DNA from: Callorhinchus milii
Lineage: Eukaryota
Assembly: GCF_018977255.1 (NCBI RefSeq)
Contig: NW_024704801.1
Span: forward strand, 62,001-126,000
Length of the DNA: 64,000 nt
Direction: 5' to 3'
Both the position numbers and the translations under genes were made by a program. A model generated the notes under the pieces. The model had not been told where the DNA came from, searched no databases, and saw only the letters and a list, made by a program, of their open reading frames with translations. Shown in pieces: positions 15,590-26,875 of this stretch; within the stretch, counting starts at the first letter, position 1, and each line of letters begins with the position of its first letter.

Positions 15590-15830
15590 AAAACAGAGGG
15601 GAAATGTTTTCACCAGCGAGCTGTCGGGATCTGGAATGCATTACCTGAAAAGGTAGTGGAAGCCGACTCAACTTTTAAGAGAGAAGTAGACGGGTATTTG
15701 GTAAGGACAGGATTGCAGGGCTATGGAGAGAAAGCGGGCCGGTGGGATTGAGTTGGAAGCTCTTTTCGGAGCCGGTGTAGACGCGATGGGCCAAATGGCC
15801 TCTTCTGTGTTGTATGGATCTGTGATTCAA
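15590..15830 (+). mobile_element. CR1 LINE 3' end fragment
   Basis: ttttcaccagcgagctgtcgggatctggaatgcattacc...gatgggccaaatggcctcttctgtgttgtat..gattc, a typical CR1 tail. Others near 10380-10700, 27480-27800, 30260-30495, 35970-36360 and 41670-41820(-). Confidence 0.75.
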
Positions 15831-15936
15831 TGACTGTGTGTTACTTGGCAGCTAATTTGTCCACAGTGATGTCCCCACAAACAGCCGTGAAGAGAGTCAG
15901 CGATTTTATCTCAGGGATTGTCAGCCAGGACACTGG

Positions 15937-15967
<31 letters not shown>

Positions 15968-16399
15968 TATACTCCCTTCTCATTTCCCAACAGCACCGTG
16001 GGAGATCTTTAACGTCCACCTGAACAGGGCACGGACGGGGAGTGAGTGAGGTTTAACGTCTCAGTCGAAGGATGGAGACAATGTGACTCTCTCTGTCTCT
16101 CTCTCCCCATGACGTGGGGTGGGGCTCGAGATGAGAGCAGGAGGCATCCCTGAGCCTCAGACCCAGATACAGAGCGAGAATTGTGTGTGTGTGGATGAGC
16201 TGATGGCGGGGGCAGTGGGAGCTGATGAGGTTTAACCTTGTGCAGAGCAGAGCTGTGAGTCACCGACTGAATCACCGCAGTCACCAAGGCAACAGCAGCA
16301 TGAATCACCGGATACACAGATATATTAAACGATTTCTTCAAGCGTTCAGCAAGCCCAGAAAATATATGTTCATCCTCAGAGAATAGAGCGTACAGAGCT

Positions 16400-16875
16400 C
16401 CTGTGTGAGGGGGAGTGAGCACCAGCACAGACACGATGGGGGGGGGGGGGGGAGAGAGAGAGAGAGAGAGAGCGCAGGGGATGGGGTTGGAGTAGAGAGC
16501 TCCAGTGGGGAGTGAGCCCCAGCACAGACACGATGGGGGGAGAGAGAGAGAGAGGAGAGAGAAAGAGAGCGCAGGGGATGGGGTTGGAATAGAGAGCTCC
16601 AGTGGGGAGTGAGCCCCAGCACAGACATGATGGGGGGAGAGAGAGAGAGAGCGCAGGGGATGGGGTTGGAGTAGAGAGCTCCAGTGGGGAGCGAGCCCCA
16701 GCACAGACACGATGGGGGGGAGAGAGAGAGAGAGGAGAGAGAAAGAGAGCGCAGGGGATGGGGTTGGAGTAGAGAGCTTCAGTGGGGATCGAGCCCCAAC
16801 ACAGACACGATGGAGGGAGAGAGAGAGAGAGAGCAGGAGATGGGGTTGGAGTAGAGAGCTCCAGTGGGGGTGTAG
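16400..16875. repeat. ~85-100 bp minisatellite (about 5 copies)
   Basis: Unit ..gagagcgcaggggatggggttggagtagagagctccagtggggagtgagccccagcacagacacgat..; inverted related copies at ~55740-55850. Confidence 0.85.
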
Positions 16876-19800
16876 AGTAACTCCAGATCTGCAGTTATAG
16901 TTGCATCTCTGACTTTGACGCAAACAATTACCATAGAAACACGAGTAGGAAGTTATTATCAGAGCAGAGTTTAGGCTTTGACTTTGACAGTAACTTGTTG
17001 GCAAATGGAGACAGACTTGACTGACGTACATTAATCTCAGTCACAGCGTAAATGGGCATTTGCTTCACAGCCATCAGCAACGGCAAATGTTCACACTGCA
17101 GACAAGAAGCTGTAAACAGATGACTCACACTCTCTCGTTATCTCTCACTTTCTTTCTCTCACTCTCTCTCTCTCGCTCGCTCTCTCTCTGTGGAATGCTA
17201 GCAAACTAAGCCACCTTTTCTTTACAAAGTGAGGAGGTAACTATCTCTCGCTTCTCCATCAATCCATCAGTCATCATCATCAGTCGGGGTCTCTGATCTC
17301 ACAGTCCAGTGCAGCACTGGGGGGAGAGAGAGAGAGAGAGACAAATTGTCCTTCAGTTAAACCTCCCAGTCCGCGCCATGTTAAAGATCTCCCGCGGCTC
17401 TGTCGGGAAAAGTGAAGGGAGTTTCTCTCTCCGTGTCTTGGTCAACAATCCCCTGGATAAAATCACTCGCTCTCTTCACGCCTGTTTAAGGGATGTCACC
17501 GTGTAAATTGGCTGCTGCATAATACACAGTCACTACACTGTGAAGTGAATCCAGAGCTTTACCACCTGGCTGATCACGGTGACGGGTTTCCGTGTGTGTG
17601 TGTGTGTGTGTCAGACCCGGATCTGTATCAAACACAAAGTTTATTTATAGATTCACTCTCGTCACCTACTTCCATTTCGGCTCCTGAATGATTTCTGTGG
17701 GAAAATCATCAATAAATCAGCAGTCGCACTGCGAGTCTGTCACATCTCACCATCTGCCTCTGATTCCCGCTGCTTGTCCAGCTAGGACCAACCTCCCCGC
17801 TAGCTAGCTAGCTAGTTAGTTAGTTGGTTGGTTGGTTGGTTAGTGCTTTGGCTGCCGGGTTAACAGGAACAGGATTCCAGTTCCTGCCGATGTCTGAGCC
17901 GGGCCGGGCTGGGCTGCCATCAGCAGTGAGCGCCCTGGGACACTGCGGCCCCTCCTGGCTCAGGAACCAGGGGCTAGAGACCGTCCCGGAGTGGGGGGGG
18001 CTCAATTCCCACATTGTGTCACCTTGGGGCCAGTTCAGCTCCGAGGAGATCCCATTTACCCCCCCACCCCCTCCCCGTGTGTGCCTGTGTGGTGGGGGGA
18101 GAGGGAGCTTGAACCCACAACCTTCTGATTCGGAGGCAAGAGAGAGCGACTGAGCCACAGGATGAGTGAGTGACAAGTTGGGGAAGAAAGCAGATTAATG
18201 GACAAGTGCGTTTAGCTAAATGAGCCTCAGTCAGTCAGTTTCTCCCTCTGCCCCGTCCTCGCAGTGGGACAGTGTGATCAGTCGGCTGTGCAGTCCCCCC
18301 CCACACCAACCCCCCACTAACTGCTGACTGTATCACTGCACCAAGATCACCCCCCACCCCCCCCCCATGCACCAGCAATGACGCACATCAAGGGTTTTTT
18401 GCAAAAGTGAGTCACCCGCCTCAGGAGATCAGCAACTTCACCATCAACTGCAGAAAGCTTTCCTGAATACCAATCTGTGTGTGTCTGTGTGTGTGTGAGA
18501 GAGGCTTCCTGAATACCAATCTGTGTGTGTGTCTGTGTTTATCCGTCTCTGTCTCTTTGTGTATATGTGTGTCCATCTGTCTTTTTGTGTGTGTGTGTCT
18601 GTCTGTCTGTGACTGTGTGCGGTGGGGGAAAGAGATGGAGAGAGAAATCAGTATCATTAATTACCTGTTATAAACCAGCTTCCTGTTTAACCTTGATGTT
18701 CTCAGCTGCTCAGTCTTATTGCAATAATTGTGATTAGCTCCATCTCCATCAGGCCATTCCCTCCTCCCCATCACGAGATTGTGGGTTCGAGCCCCGCAAC
18801 GAGCTCAGTCCAGGCTGACACTCCAGCATAGGGCTGGGGGAAGAGAGAGATAGAGAGAGAGAACCACATTGTCAGAGTCGTCGACCTTTTCAGATGAGAC
18901 TTTAAACCTCATTCACTCACTCCCTGTTCTGGGCGGACATTAAAGATTTCCCGCAGTCCTGTCAGGGGGAAAAGAGAAGTGAGTCTGTGTCATACGAGGC
19001 AAGAGAAGGGGAGAGAAAATAAAAGGAGAGAGAATGAGGAGANNNNNNNNNNNNNNNNNNNNNNNNNNNNNNNNNNNNNNNNNNNNNNNNNNNNNNNNNN
19101 NNNNNNNNNNNNNNNNNNNNNNNNNNNNNNNNNNNNNNNNNNNNNNNNNNNNNNNNNNNNNNNNNNNNNNNNNNNNNNNNNNNNNNNNNNNNNNNNNNNN
19201 NNNNNNNNNNNNNNNACCTTCTCAGAAGATGGGATCTATTCTCGTTCTCTTATTCAGCCCTCAGGGTGACAGAAAGCTGAAACAACAGTTCTCCGTGTCG
19301 TGCGTCGTATTAAACACGACAGAATTGTGTCTGTGGGGGAGGGAAACCGAACTCAAAAAACAAACCCAAATCGCTGGAATTGACATCTGAGAAAATGTGC
19401 TAAAAAGGATGGAGGAAATTCAGATTAAAAGGGTTTTCTGACTGATTTATAATGATGTTCATAAGTGAGTGGGTCTCCTCTCCGTGCCACAATCATAACA
19501 GTAAACCTTACACGTCACACAGTCTTTTCCGTCAGGAGGACGTGTCAAAAGCCACGTTTCACCCACACAATACACAGTCACTACACTTTACAGTATATCC
19601 TGTGAAGCGCTTTGAGAACCTCAAAGACAAGATAAGGTTCTGCGTCAAATACAAGGATTATTATTGTTGTTGTTATTAAGTTTGAATCAGGGCGGGGCGC
19701 GGGGGGGGTGTAGGGGGTGGGGGGTGAGCAGGTCTGAGACCAGAGCAGGAAATAGCTGGGGGGGGATCAGGAGCTGCGACTGAGTCTAACTGCGTAAGTG

Positions 19801-20526
19801 ATGATGTCACTGGGTCCCTGAGCTGATCTGTGGGTCAGGAATATCGCACATCGATGGAGATTCGTTCAGAAAAAAAACTGTGAATTGTTTTTGTCAAAGG
19901 CTGAGCAGGAAGGTGGGGGTCAGCACCCACACTGAGGTGGAGGGGGAAGGGGGGGAGAGAGAGAGGGAGAGGGAGAAAGCGGGAGGAGAGTGGGGTGGGA
20001 GGGGGAGAGATAGAAGAGAGGTAGTCGGAGAGGGGGAAGGAGAGAGAGAAAGGAGATAGTCAGAGAGACAGTGCACTTGTCTCAGGGAGGACATTACCAG
20101 TTGCTGTGAAAAGCGTCTATCAATGGAGGTGGGAGATCTCACCGCAGTGAGAAAGACCAGCACAGGCTCTATGTCAGCTCAACACCCACAACACACAACA
20201 TACAACACGCACAACGTACAACACACACAACATACAACACACACACAACATACAACACACACAACATACAGCACACAGCACCACACACAGATAAGATAAA
20301 TGTGCCACACAACAACAATATGCAGCCCCCCACCCCCCCACGTAGGGCAGCGGCTCCGATGTGTGGGGCAGGACCCCATCTCCTGCTATTATCTTGTTAC
20401 TTTGCTTGTGGGATTAAAAGATCAACTGAGCCTCTGGAACAGGCTGGGAGGGCTGAATGGCCTCCGCACGCACCAGTTTTCCTACATGATATTTGCATCT
20501 TACAGAGAATCTACAATCCTCTTGAG

Positions 20527-21385
20527 GCTTGGGGGTGGGGGCAGGGTGGGGGGGAGGCTTGGGGGGTGGGGGGGAGGCCTGGGGGGGGAGGCTTGGGGGG
20601 GGTGGGGGGGAGGCCTGGGGGGGAGGCTTGGGGGGGTGGGGGGGAGGCCTGGGGGGGGGGGGAGGCTTGGGGGGTGGGGGGGGAGGCCTGGGGGGGGAGG
20701 CTTGGGGGGTTTGGGGGGGATACCTGGGGGGGGAGGTTTGGGGGGTGGGGAGGAGGCCTGGGGGGGGGGAGGCTTGGGGGGGTGGGGGGGGGGGAGGCCT
20801 GGGGGGGGGAGGCTTGGGGGGGGGGGAGGCTTGGGGGGGGAGGCCTGGGGTGGGGGGGGGAGGCTTGGGGGGGGTGGGGGAGGAGGCCTGGGTGGGGGGA
20901 GGCTTGGGGGGGTGGGGGGAAGCCTGGGGGGGGGAGGCTTGGGGGGGTGGGGAGGAGGCCTGGGGGGGGGGGGGGGCTTGGGGGTGGGGGGAGGCCGGGG
21001 GGGGGAGGCTTGGGGGGTGGGGGAGGAGGCCTGGGGGGGGGGGGGAGGCTTGGGGGGGGAGGCCTGGGGTGGGGGGGGGAGGCTTGGGGGGTGGGGGAGG
21101 AGGCCTGGAGGGGAGGCTTGGGGGGTGGGGGGAAGCCTGGGGGGGGGAGGCTTGGGGTGGGGGGGAGGCCTGGGGGGGAGGCTTGGGGGGTGGGGGGAGG
21201 CCTGGGGAGGGGGAGGCTTGGGGGGTGGGGGGAGGCCTGGGGGGGGAGGCTTGGGGGGTGGGGAGGAGGCCTGGGGGGGGAGGCTTGGGGGGGTGGGGGG
21301 AGGAGCTTGGGGGGGTGGGGGGGGAGGCTTGGGGGGTGGGGGGGGGAGCTTGGGGGGGTGGGGGGGAGGCCTGGGGGGGGCGGGA
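20527..21385. repeat. G-rich tandem array (ggaggc[c/t]tgggggg..) with G-quadruplex potential
   Basis: ~860 bp of G5-G12 runs separated by aggctt/aggcct/t, ending ~60 bp upstream of the VGF CRE sites. Confidence 0.9.
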
Positions 21386-21447
21386 CTTTTCCTTCACCTT
21401 TTCCAAAAGGATGAATGAAATGGAATGAAATGAATGAATGAAATGGC

Positions 21448-21495
21448 TGACGTCAATGCCGGATGACGTCATGGGCTATTTGGACTGGATATAAA
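21448..21495 (+). promoter_or_regulatory. VGF: VGF core promoter: two palindromic CREs and TATA box
   Basis: TGACGTCA at 21448-21455 and 21464-21471; TATAAA at 21490-21495; then a CpG-rich segment with donor CAG|GTACGA at 21595/21596 (putative non-coding exon 1). Confidence 0.8.
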
Positions 21496-22715
21496 GCGCC
21501 ATTCGCTGTCTCTGGTGCTGAGAGCGAACGGGAGACGGGGTTTCGCGCACGGACCGGATCCCAGGGAAACAGCGACCGCTCACACCGCCCCCCAGGTACG
21601 ATCTCAGCCCAGATTATACTGTTATATTTTTACATCATCATCACATTGTGAATTGCAAATATCTCTCTCTCTATTTATTTCTGTGTCACTGTCACTGTCT
21701 GTGTCTCTGTCACTGTCTGTGTCTCTCTCCCCTCCTCCTTCTATGTTGGTTTCGAGAAAAAAATTGGGATTTAGGTTTTTTTAATATTATTTAATTGCTA
21801 CCAACGTGGTGTGTGTGGGGGGGGTTGGGGCTGATTCTCTCTCTCTCTCCCCCCCTCTCCTTCTCTCTCTCCTCAAAAAAAAATATAATGTTATTTATTA
21901 ATCTTCCGCAGATGATGTCGGGTGTCCGCGTTCTGCGCTAAACACTGCCCTTCGGAAGCTTTAAACCCAAGATGTGATCTGTAACAGATCACTGCAGAGA
22001 GGGCGAGCGGTATCCTTCCCTTACCCCCCCCCCACACACCCCCCCCCCCACACCCACACACACCCCACACCCCACACACACACCCCTCTCTATCGCTTTG
22101 TCGCACCTGCACACAAAACGCCGAGGTTTTAATGACCGCCCCCACCCTGGAGAAGCCAGAGATCAGGGAAACAAGGGCTTTTGTTACCCCCCCACCCCAC
22201 TCCCCCACCATAAACCACAGCCCCAGGGAGGAGAGAGATACCCGCAGAGAAATAATTGCTTTTTAATGCGTTTCTCACTCGATTTCATTCTTATGTTGCC
22301 CCCCCCCATATAGCTATTAGATTGTATGTGTGTGAGTGTGGGTGGGAGGGCGGTTCTGGCTTAGTTAAATTTTACTCACTAAAATGCTTCACTCGCCCCC
22401 TCCCTCCTCCCTCTTGTCTCCTCCCTCTCTCTGTCACCCCCCCCCCCCCCCTCTGGCTCTCACTGAGTATCCCTGGGTTGCCATGCCAACCAGGTCTGGT
22501 CTCCCCTGTATCCCGGGTACCACTCCCTGACACCCAGAGCCCGGCTGCTGTCACAGGTTCCCATCACCTTCCTCCGGTCGTCAGCAGTTACCACAAACAG
22601 CCGTATTATTATCATTATTTTTTGGGGGGGATCATTACCCCCAGAAAAGTGATCCCCCAATCGGCTAACAAGCAGGTTCCTACTGACTGCTGGTGAACAG
22701 AGGCGTGTGTGTGTG

Positions 22716-22749
<34 letters not shown>

Positions 22750-23901
22750 GAGTGACTGTGTGTGAGTGACTGTGTGTGAGTGACTGTGTGTGAGTGACTG
22801 TGTGTGTGTGCGTGTGAGTGACTGTGTGTGAGTGACTGTGTGTGTGTGCGTGTGAGTGACTGTGTGTGAGAGACTGTGTGTGCATGTGAGTGGTGAGTGA
22901 CTGTGTGTGCGTGTGAGTGTTTGACCATGTGTGCGTGTGAGTGACTGTGCGTGCGTGTGACTGTGTGTGCGTGTGAGTCACATGTGCATGTGTGTGAATC
23001 ACATGTGCGCGTGTGTGTCACATGTGCGCGTGTGTGTCACATGTGCGTGCGTGTGAGTGACTGTGTGTGTGTGTGTTGAGTAAGGAAACTTGCCTAAGGT
23101 TTTTCCTGCCCACCCCCACCCCCGGTCCTCTCGCTTGCGAGACGAGGGGTCTAACTACTGATCTACAGGACACCGTCAAAACCACAAAGAGCTGCCACAT
23201 CGCCTGACAATCAGCCGCGTACCATTATTTTTATTGACTTGATGCTTTTTAAGACCAGGCAGAATTATTGCAAACTCTTTTGTTTAGAATTTGCTGCCAC
23301 AATTCACCTACAACACATTTACAGTAAAATCCAGTCAAAGGACTTTGAACGACTATCAAGCTCTGTATCAACTGATTTTTTTAAAAAATAGTAGAATTGC
23401 TAATTAGAAATCAGGTTTCCTATTTATTACTATTGTTATCAATGACAATAACTAATAATAATCCGAAAGTGAGACAAAGAAAGAAAGATGAGAGGTTTAA
23501 CATCTCATCGAAAGGACTGTGTCTCTGACAATGCGACTCTCTCTCTCTCTCTTTCAAGAGTGTGAGCCTGGACTGTGAGTTCAAAGTCCCTGATGGGGGG
23601 GGGGGGGGTTGGGGGCTTGAACCCACAACCTTCTGACTCAGAGGCGAGAGCACGAGAGTGTCTGAGCCATAGGCTGAGACCTAAACGCTCAATTCATAGT
23701 TCGTGAAGATCGACAAGTGGCTGCCACATTTTGCCCATAAAACACACAGTCACTACACTTTACGGTGTATCTTGTGAAGCGCTTTCAGGCGTCTCAGAGA
23801 CATGATAAGGCGCTGGGTGAAATGCTAGGATTATTATTATTAAAGCAACGGGCACCTTGTTAACCCTTTGGCTTTGTGGTGTGATTGACAGTGTCTGCGA
23901 G

Positions 23902-25479
23902 ATGACTTGGAGAGGACCCTTTCCAGCCTCTGTGCTGCTGGTACTCACCCTCCAGCTGCTGTGTCCTTGGCCGAGCACTGCGGCCTCTCTGGCCCCTCAC
24001 AACGGCTCTGTCCGGGCAGTGACGGGAGTTCAGGATCGAGCCGCCTTCCCACGGGATGTGAATGGGTCGGAAGAGCAGGAGCGAGGGAAGCATCTGCAGG
24101 TCCGCTCCCTCCCCATGACCCACCCCAACATGGACACTGACAATCAAGGGGATCCGTTCAGGGACATGGACGCCAAAGCCTTGGCCACGATCCTTCTCCA
24201 AGCTTTGAAAATAGACGATGAGAAAACTGGAGAGAGGGAGGGCGAGCGAGAAGCCGGGAGTCTGTCCCTGTCAAACCCCTCGATGTGGCGCGAGGCGGAC
24301 AAGGATTCCTTGGTTGAGAACGTGAAGAGTCAGACGAGGAGTCGGGAAAGTGCCCCTCAACGGCAGGTCATGGCCTGGGCTCCCGAGAGGGAGGACGGGG
24401 GTGAGGTCAGTCCTCAGAGCATCGAGCAGATGGAGGCCATGTTACAGGAGCTGGAGAAATACAGCACGGCGACCAAGCGGGAGAGATCCAACACTGCCCT
24501 CCGCTCCGCAAAGACCTCCCGGCCCATCAGCAAACAGCCAGAGGACAGCAGTATGTTGGGGAACATGGATGACATTGAGGAGCTGGTTGGAGGGATGGAG
24601 AAAGACACCGACTATAACGAGGAGCACGAGGTTATGCAAGAACCAGCCAAACGTGCGGACAAGTCTGTGTCCAGGTTCCAAGCCGGGTCCTTGAGTCGCC
24701 TGGGAACTGGGGAACCAGGGCCAGACAAGGCCGAAGAGGAACAGATAGCGGACATCACCTCTGACCTCCTGTTACAGTATCTGCTTAAAGGGGGCGACAT
24801 GGCGGAGCAGGAAGACAGCGCCAAGGAAAAGCTTACTGACGGAGAGAGGAAGAGGAGCGATGAAGAATGGGAAGAAGATGTGGCTGAAGAGAAGAGATCG
24901 GACGAGGAAGGTGGTGATGATGATGATGATGATGGTGGTGACATGGATCCGCAAACTATAGACCGGTTGATCGAGATCTCCAGCAAACTCCACCTTCCGG
25001 CCGACGATGTCATCGATATCATCAACGACGTGGAGAAGAAAAGGAAAAACTCTGTGGAGAAGATGGAGCCGACAAGACACCATCACACGACCCCCAGGGA
25101 CCGGATCAAACCTGCTCCCGGCCGGTCAGACCAGCGTCAAAAGGTCTACCTCCCCACTCGCCATCGACCAGAAAAGCCACGACACTGGTCTACCAGCGAC
25201 ATGGCCTTACAGGACCTGCTCGGGGCAGACAACGAGCTGGACTATGGAGCCATGCCCCTGGTCTACCCCAGACGTTTTCACCTCCAGCAGAACCTTTACC
25301 CCAATTACATCCGGCCCCGGGTTTACCAGCCTCGACACAGCACTTACCGCTATCAGCCCAGCCCCTCCCTCCTCCAGAACGAAGATTATTACGATGATGA
25401 TCAGGCCCAGGACAAGGAAGAGGAGCTGGAAAACTACATCGAGAAGATCCTTCTCCAACACCCTGAGGTTTTCCAGTAA
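23902..25479 (+). CDS. VGF: Neurosecretory protein VGF (granin family precursor), 525 aa, single coding exon
   Basis: Acceptor AG at 23890-23891; signal peptide MTWRGPFPASVLLVLTLQLLCPWPSTAA; VGF motifs DPQTIDRLIEISSKLHLPADDVIDIINDVEKKRK, YPNYIRPR and EEELENYIEKILL; acidic with dibasic sites; adjacent to AP1S1 as in mammals. Confidence 0.93.
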   Translation: MTWRGPFPASVLLVLTLQLLCPWPSTAASLAPHNGSVRAVTGVQDRAAFPRDVNGSEEQERGKHLQVRSLPMTHPNMDTDNQGDPFRDMDAKALATILLQALKIDDEKTGEREGEREAGSLSLSNPSMWREADKDSLVENVKSQTRSRESAPQRQVMAWAPEREDGGEVSPQSIEQMEAMLQELEKYSTATKRERSNTALRSAKTSRPISKQPEDSSMLGNMDDIEELVGGMEKDTDYNEEHEVMQEPAKRADKSVSRFQAGSLSRLGTGEPGPDKAEEEQIADITSDLLLQYLLKGGDMAEQEDSAKEKLTDGERKRSDEEWEEDVAEEKRSDEEGGDDDDDDGGDMDPQTIDRLIEISSKLHLPADDVIDIINDVEKKRKNSVEKMEPTRHHHTTPRDRIKPAPGRSDQRQKVYLPTRHRPEKPRHWSTSDMALQDLLGADNELDYGAMPLVYPRRFHLQQNLYPNYIRPRVYQPRHSTYRYQPSPSLLQNEDYYDDDQAQDKEEELENYIEKILLQHPEVFQ

Positions 25480-26792
25480 CTCGGGTCTCACCATCATTAC
25501 CCTCATCAGATGTTTGTGGTTCACTGAGATCATTGTGTGAGTCAGACAACCCGGTAATACATTCCCCCCTCGCCCCCCCCCCCCCCCCCCCCCTCCCCAC
25601 ACCCACCCCTAACACAGAATCCCTTTCATTCAGGTTTAAAAATACTTCCCTTCTTTATTTTCTAATTTTCTCTCCACCCGACAGTCCCGCAGGAAACCAG
25701 GAGAGGTATCAGGAGCGGGAAGCCCGGCAGGTTTCCCCCCTGACCCACAGCCCTCCCCAGGAGACCAGCAAACTGAGCACCAAGTGGGATGGGAACCAGC
25801 GATGAGGCTCCTGACAATATCACCAGCCAAGGGGGATGTTGTACCTGGGTTGTTTGTCTCTACTCCCCCCCCCACACACATGATCAATGTTGTGTTACTG
25901 GTTTGATATCCGTGTTGATCATCAGTATTTGTAGCAAAAAGACTGATTGGAACTGACCGACCCCCGGAGTAAAGCGGGGCAGACAGACAGGGTTCAGTGG
26001 TGATTGATTACACACAGCCTCTCAGCCCCGAACATTAGCATTCACAGCCATTAAAGGTGGACCATTCGTCCATAAATACATAAATACAAGAGTAAAGGTC
26101 TAAGAGGGAGATTAGGAGGAAGGTTTTCACACAGAGTGTGGTGAGAGAGGGGTGGGGGAGAGGGGAATAGAGGGGTGGAGTATAAACACTGACATGATTG
26201 GGGGCAAAAGGGCAGTTTGTGGGACACTGTTGTGTCCAATTGGCTGCTGTGTTTTGCCCACAAAATAGTTACTACACTTTACACTATATTCTGCAAAGCG
26301 CTTTGAGACATCTGAACAAAGTGATAAGGCATTATATCAAATGTAAGGGAAAAAAGAGGAGGGGGGGGGGCGAAGAGAGAGAGACCAATATTCTCTTTCA
26401 ATGGGGAACTGTGGAGCTAAAAATGAGTTGTGTGCAGGGGAATAGGTAGGAGGGAAGGGCAGGTCAGTGGGATTTTTTTAGTGGGGGAGAAGGGGCGGGG
26501 GAGAGGCGTGTTTCTAATCGGTGTAAGCATGGCTTTTGTGCATTCACATTGTCAACTGTGGTGTTTCCAAGGTTCTTGAGACAGAGAGGGGTGAGAAACC
26601 GAGAGAAAGAGAGAGAGAGAGAGAGGCAGAGGGTAGGGAGAATGGCAGAGACCGGGGAGGGGTAAGAGAGAGAAAGATGGTAAGAAAGTGGGAGACTGTG
26701 GGAGAGAATAAAAGGCAAACTGCACATGATGTATTATTTCATTGTAACTTTGGAATGTGCAAACCTGTTCCTCACACAGTGTATCCATGTCT

Positions 26793-26875
26793 TGTAAATA
26801 TATATATATATATAAAGTGTTTGGTGTATCAGCATCTCACATGTTCGCACTTAATAAAAGCCAGAGTTGTAAATA
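26793..26875 (+). terminator. Putative VGF polyadenylation region
   Basis: AATAAA at 26853-26858 in an AT-rich non-repeat stretch, flanked by TGTAAATA at 26793 and 26868. Confidence 0.45.

Noticed and set aside
16009-17128. 340-aa minus-strand ORF and flanking unique segments (GALYALFSEDEHIFSG.., MAVKQMPIYAVTE..)
   Set aside because: Mostly minisatellite translation; the unique flanks match no family I recognise and give no consistent exon chain. A tblastx search would settle it.
19920-19940. Possible REST/NRSE site upstream of VGF (TCAGCACC)
   Set aside because: Only the left half-site is present; the GGACAG right half is absent.
20300-21472. Long Gly-rich and Pro-rich ORFs (299-372 aa)
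   Set aside because: Open in several frames on both strands because the G-rich array lacks stop codons.
23857-23901. ORF-track start of the VGF ORF at 23857 (likewise 6356 for LRRC55)
   Set aside because: Both are non-ATG starts upstream of the signal-peptide ATG; the VGF one also precedes the splice acceptor. ATGs at 23902 and 6482 were used.
23902-25479. Secretogranin II as an alternative identity
   Set aside because: No secretoneurin motif; VGF-specific motifs and AP1S1/NAT16 adjacency favour VGF.
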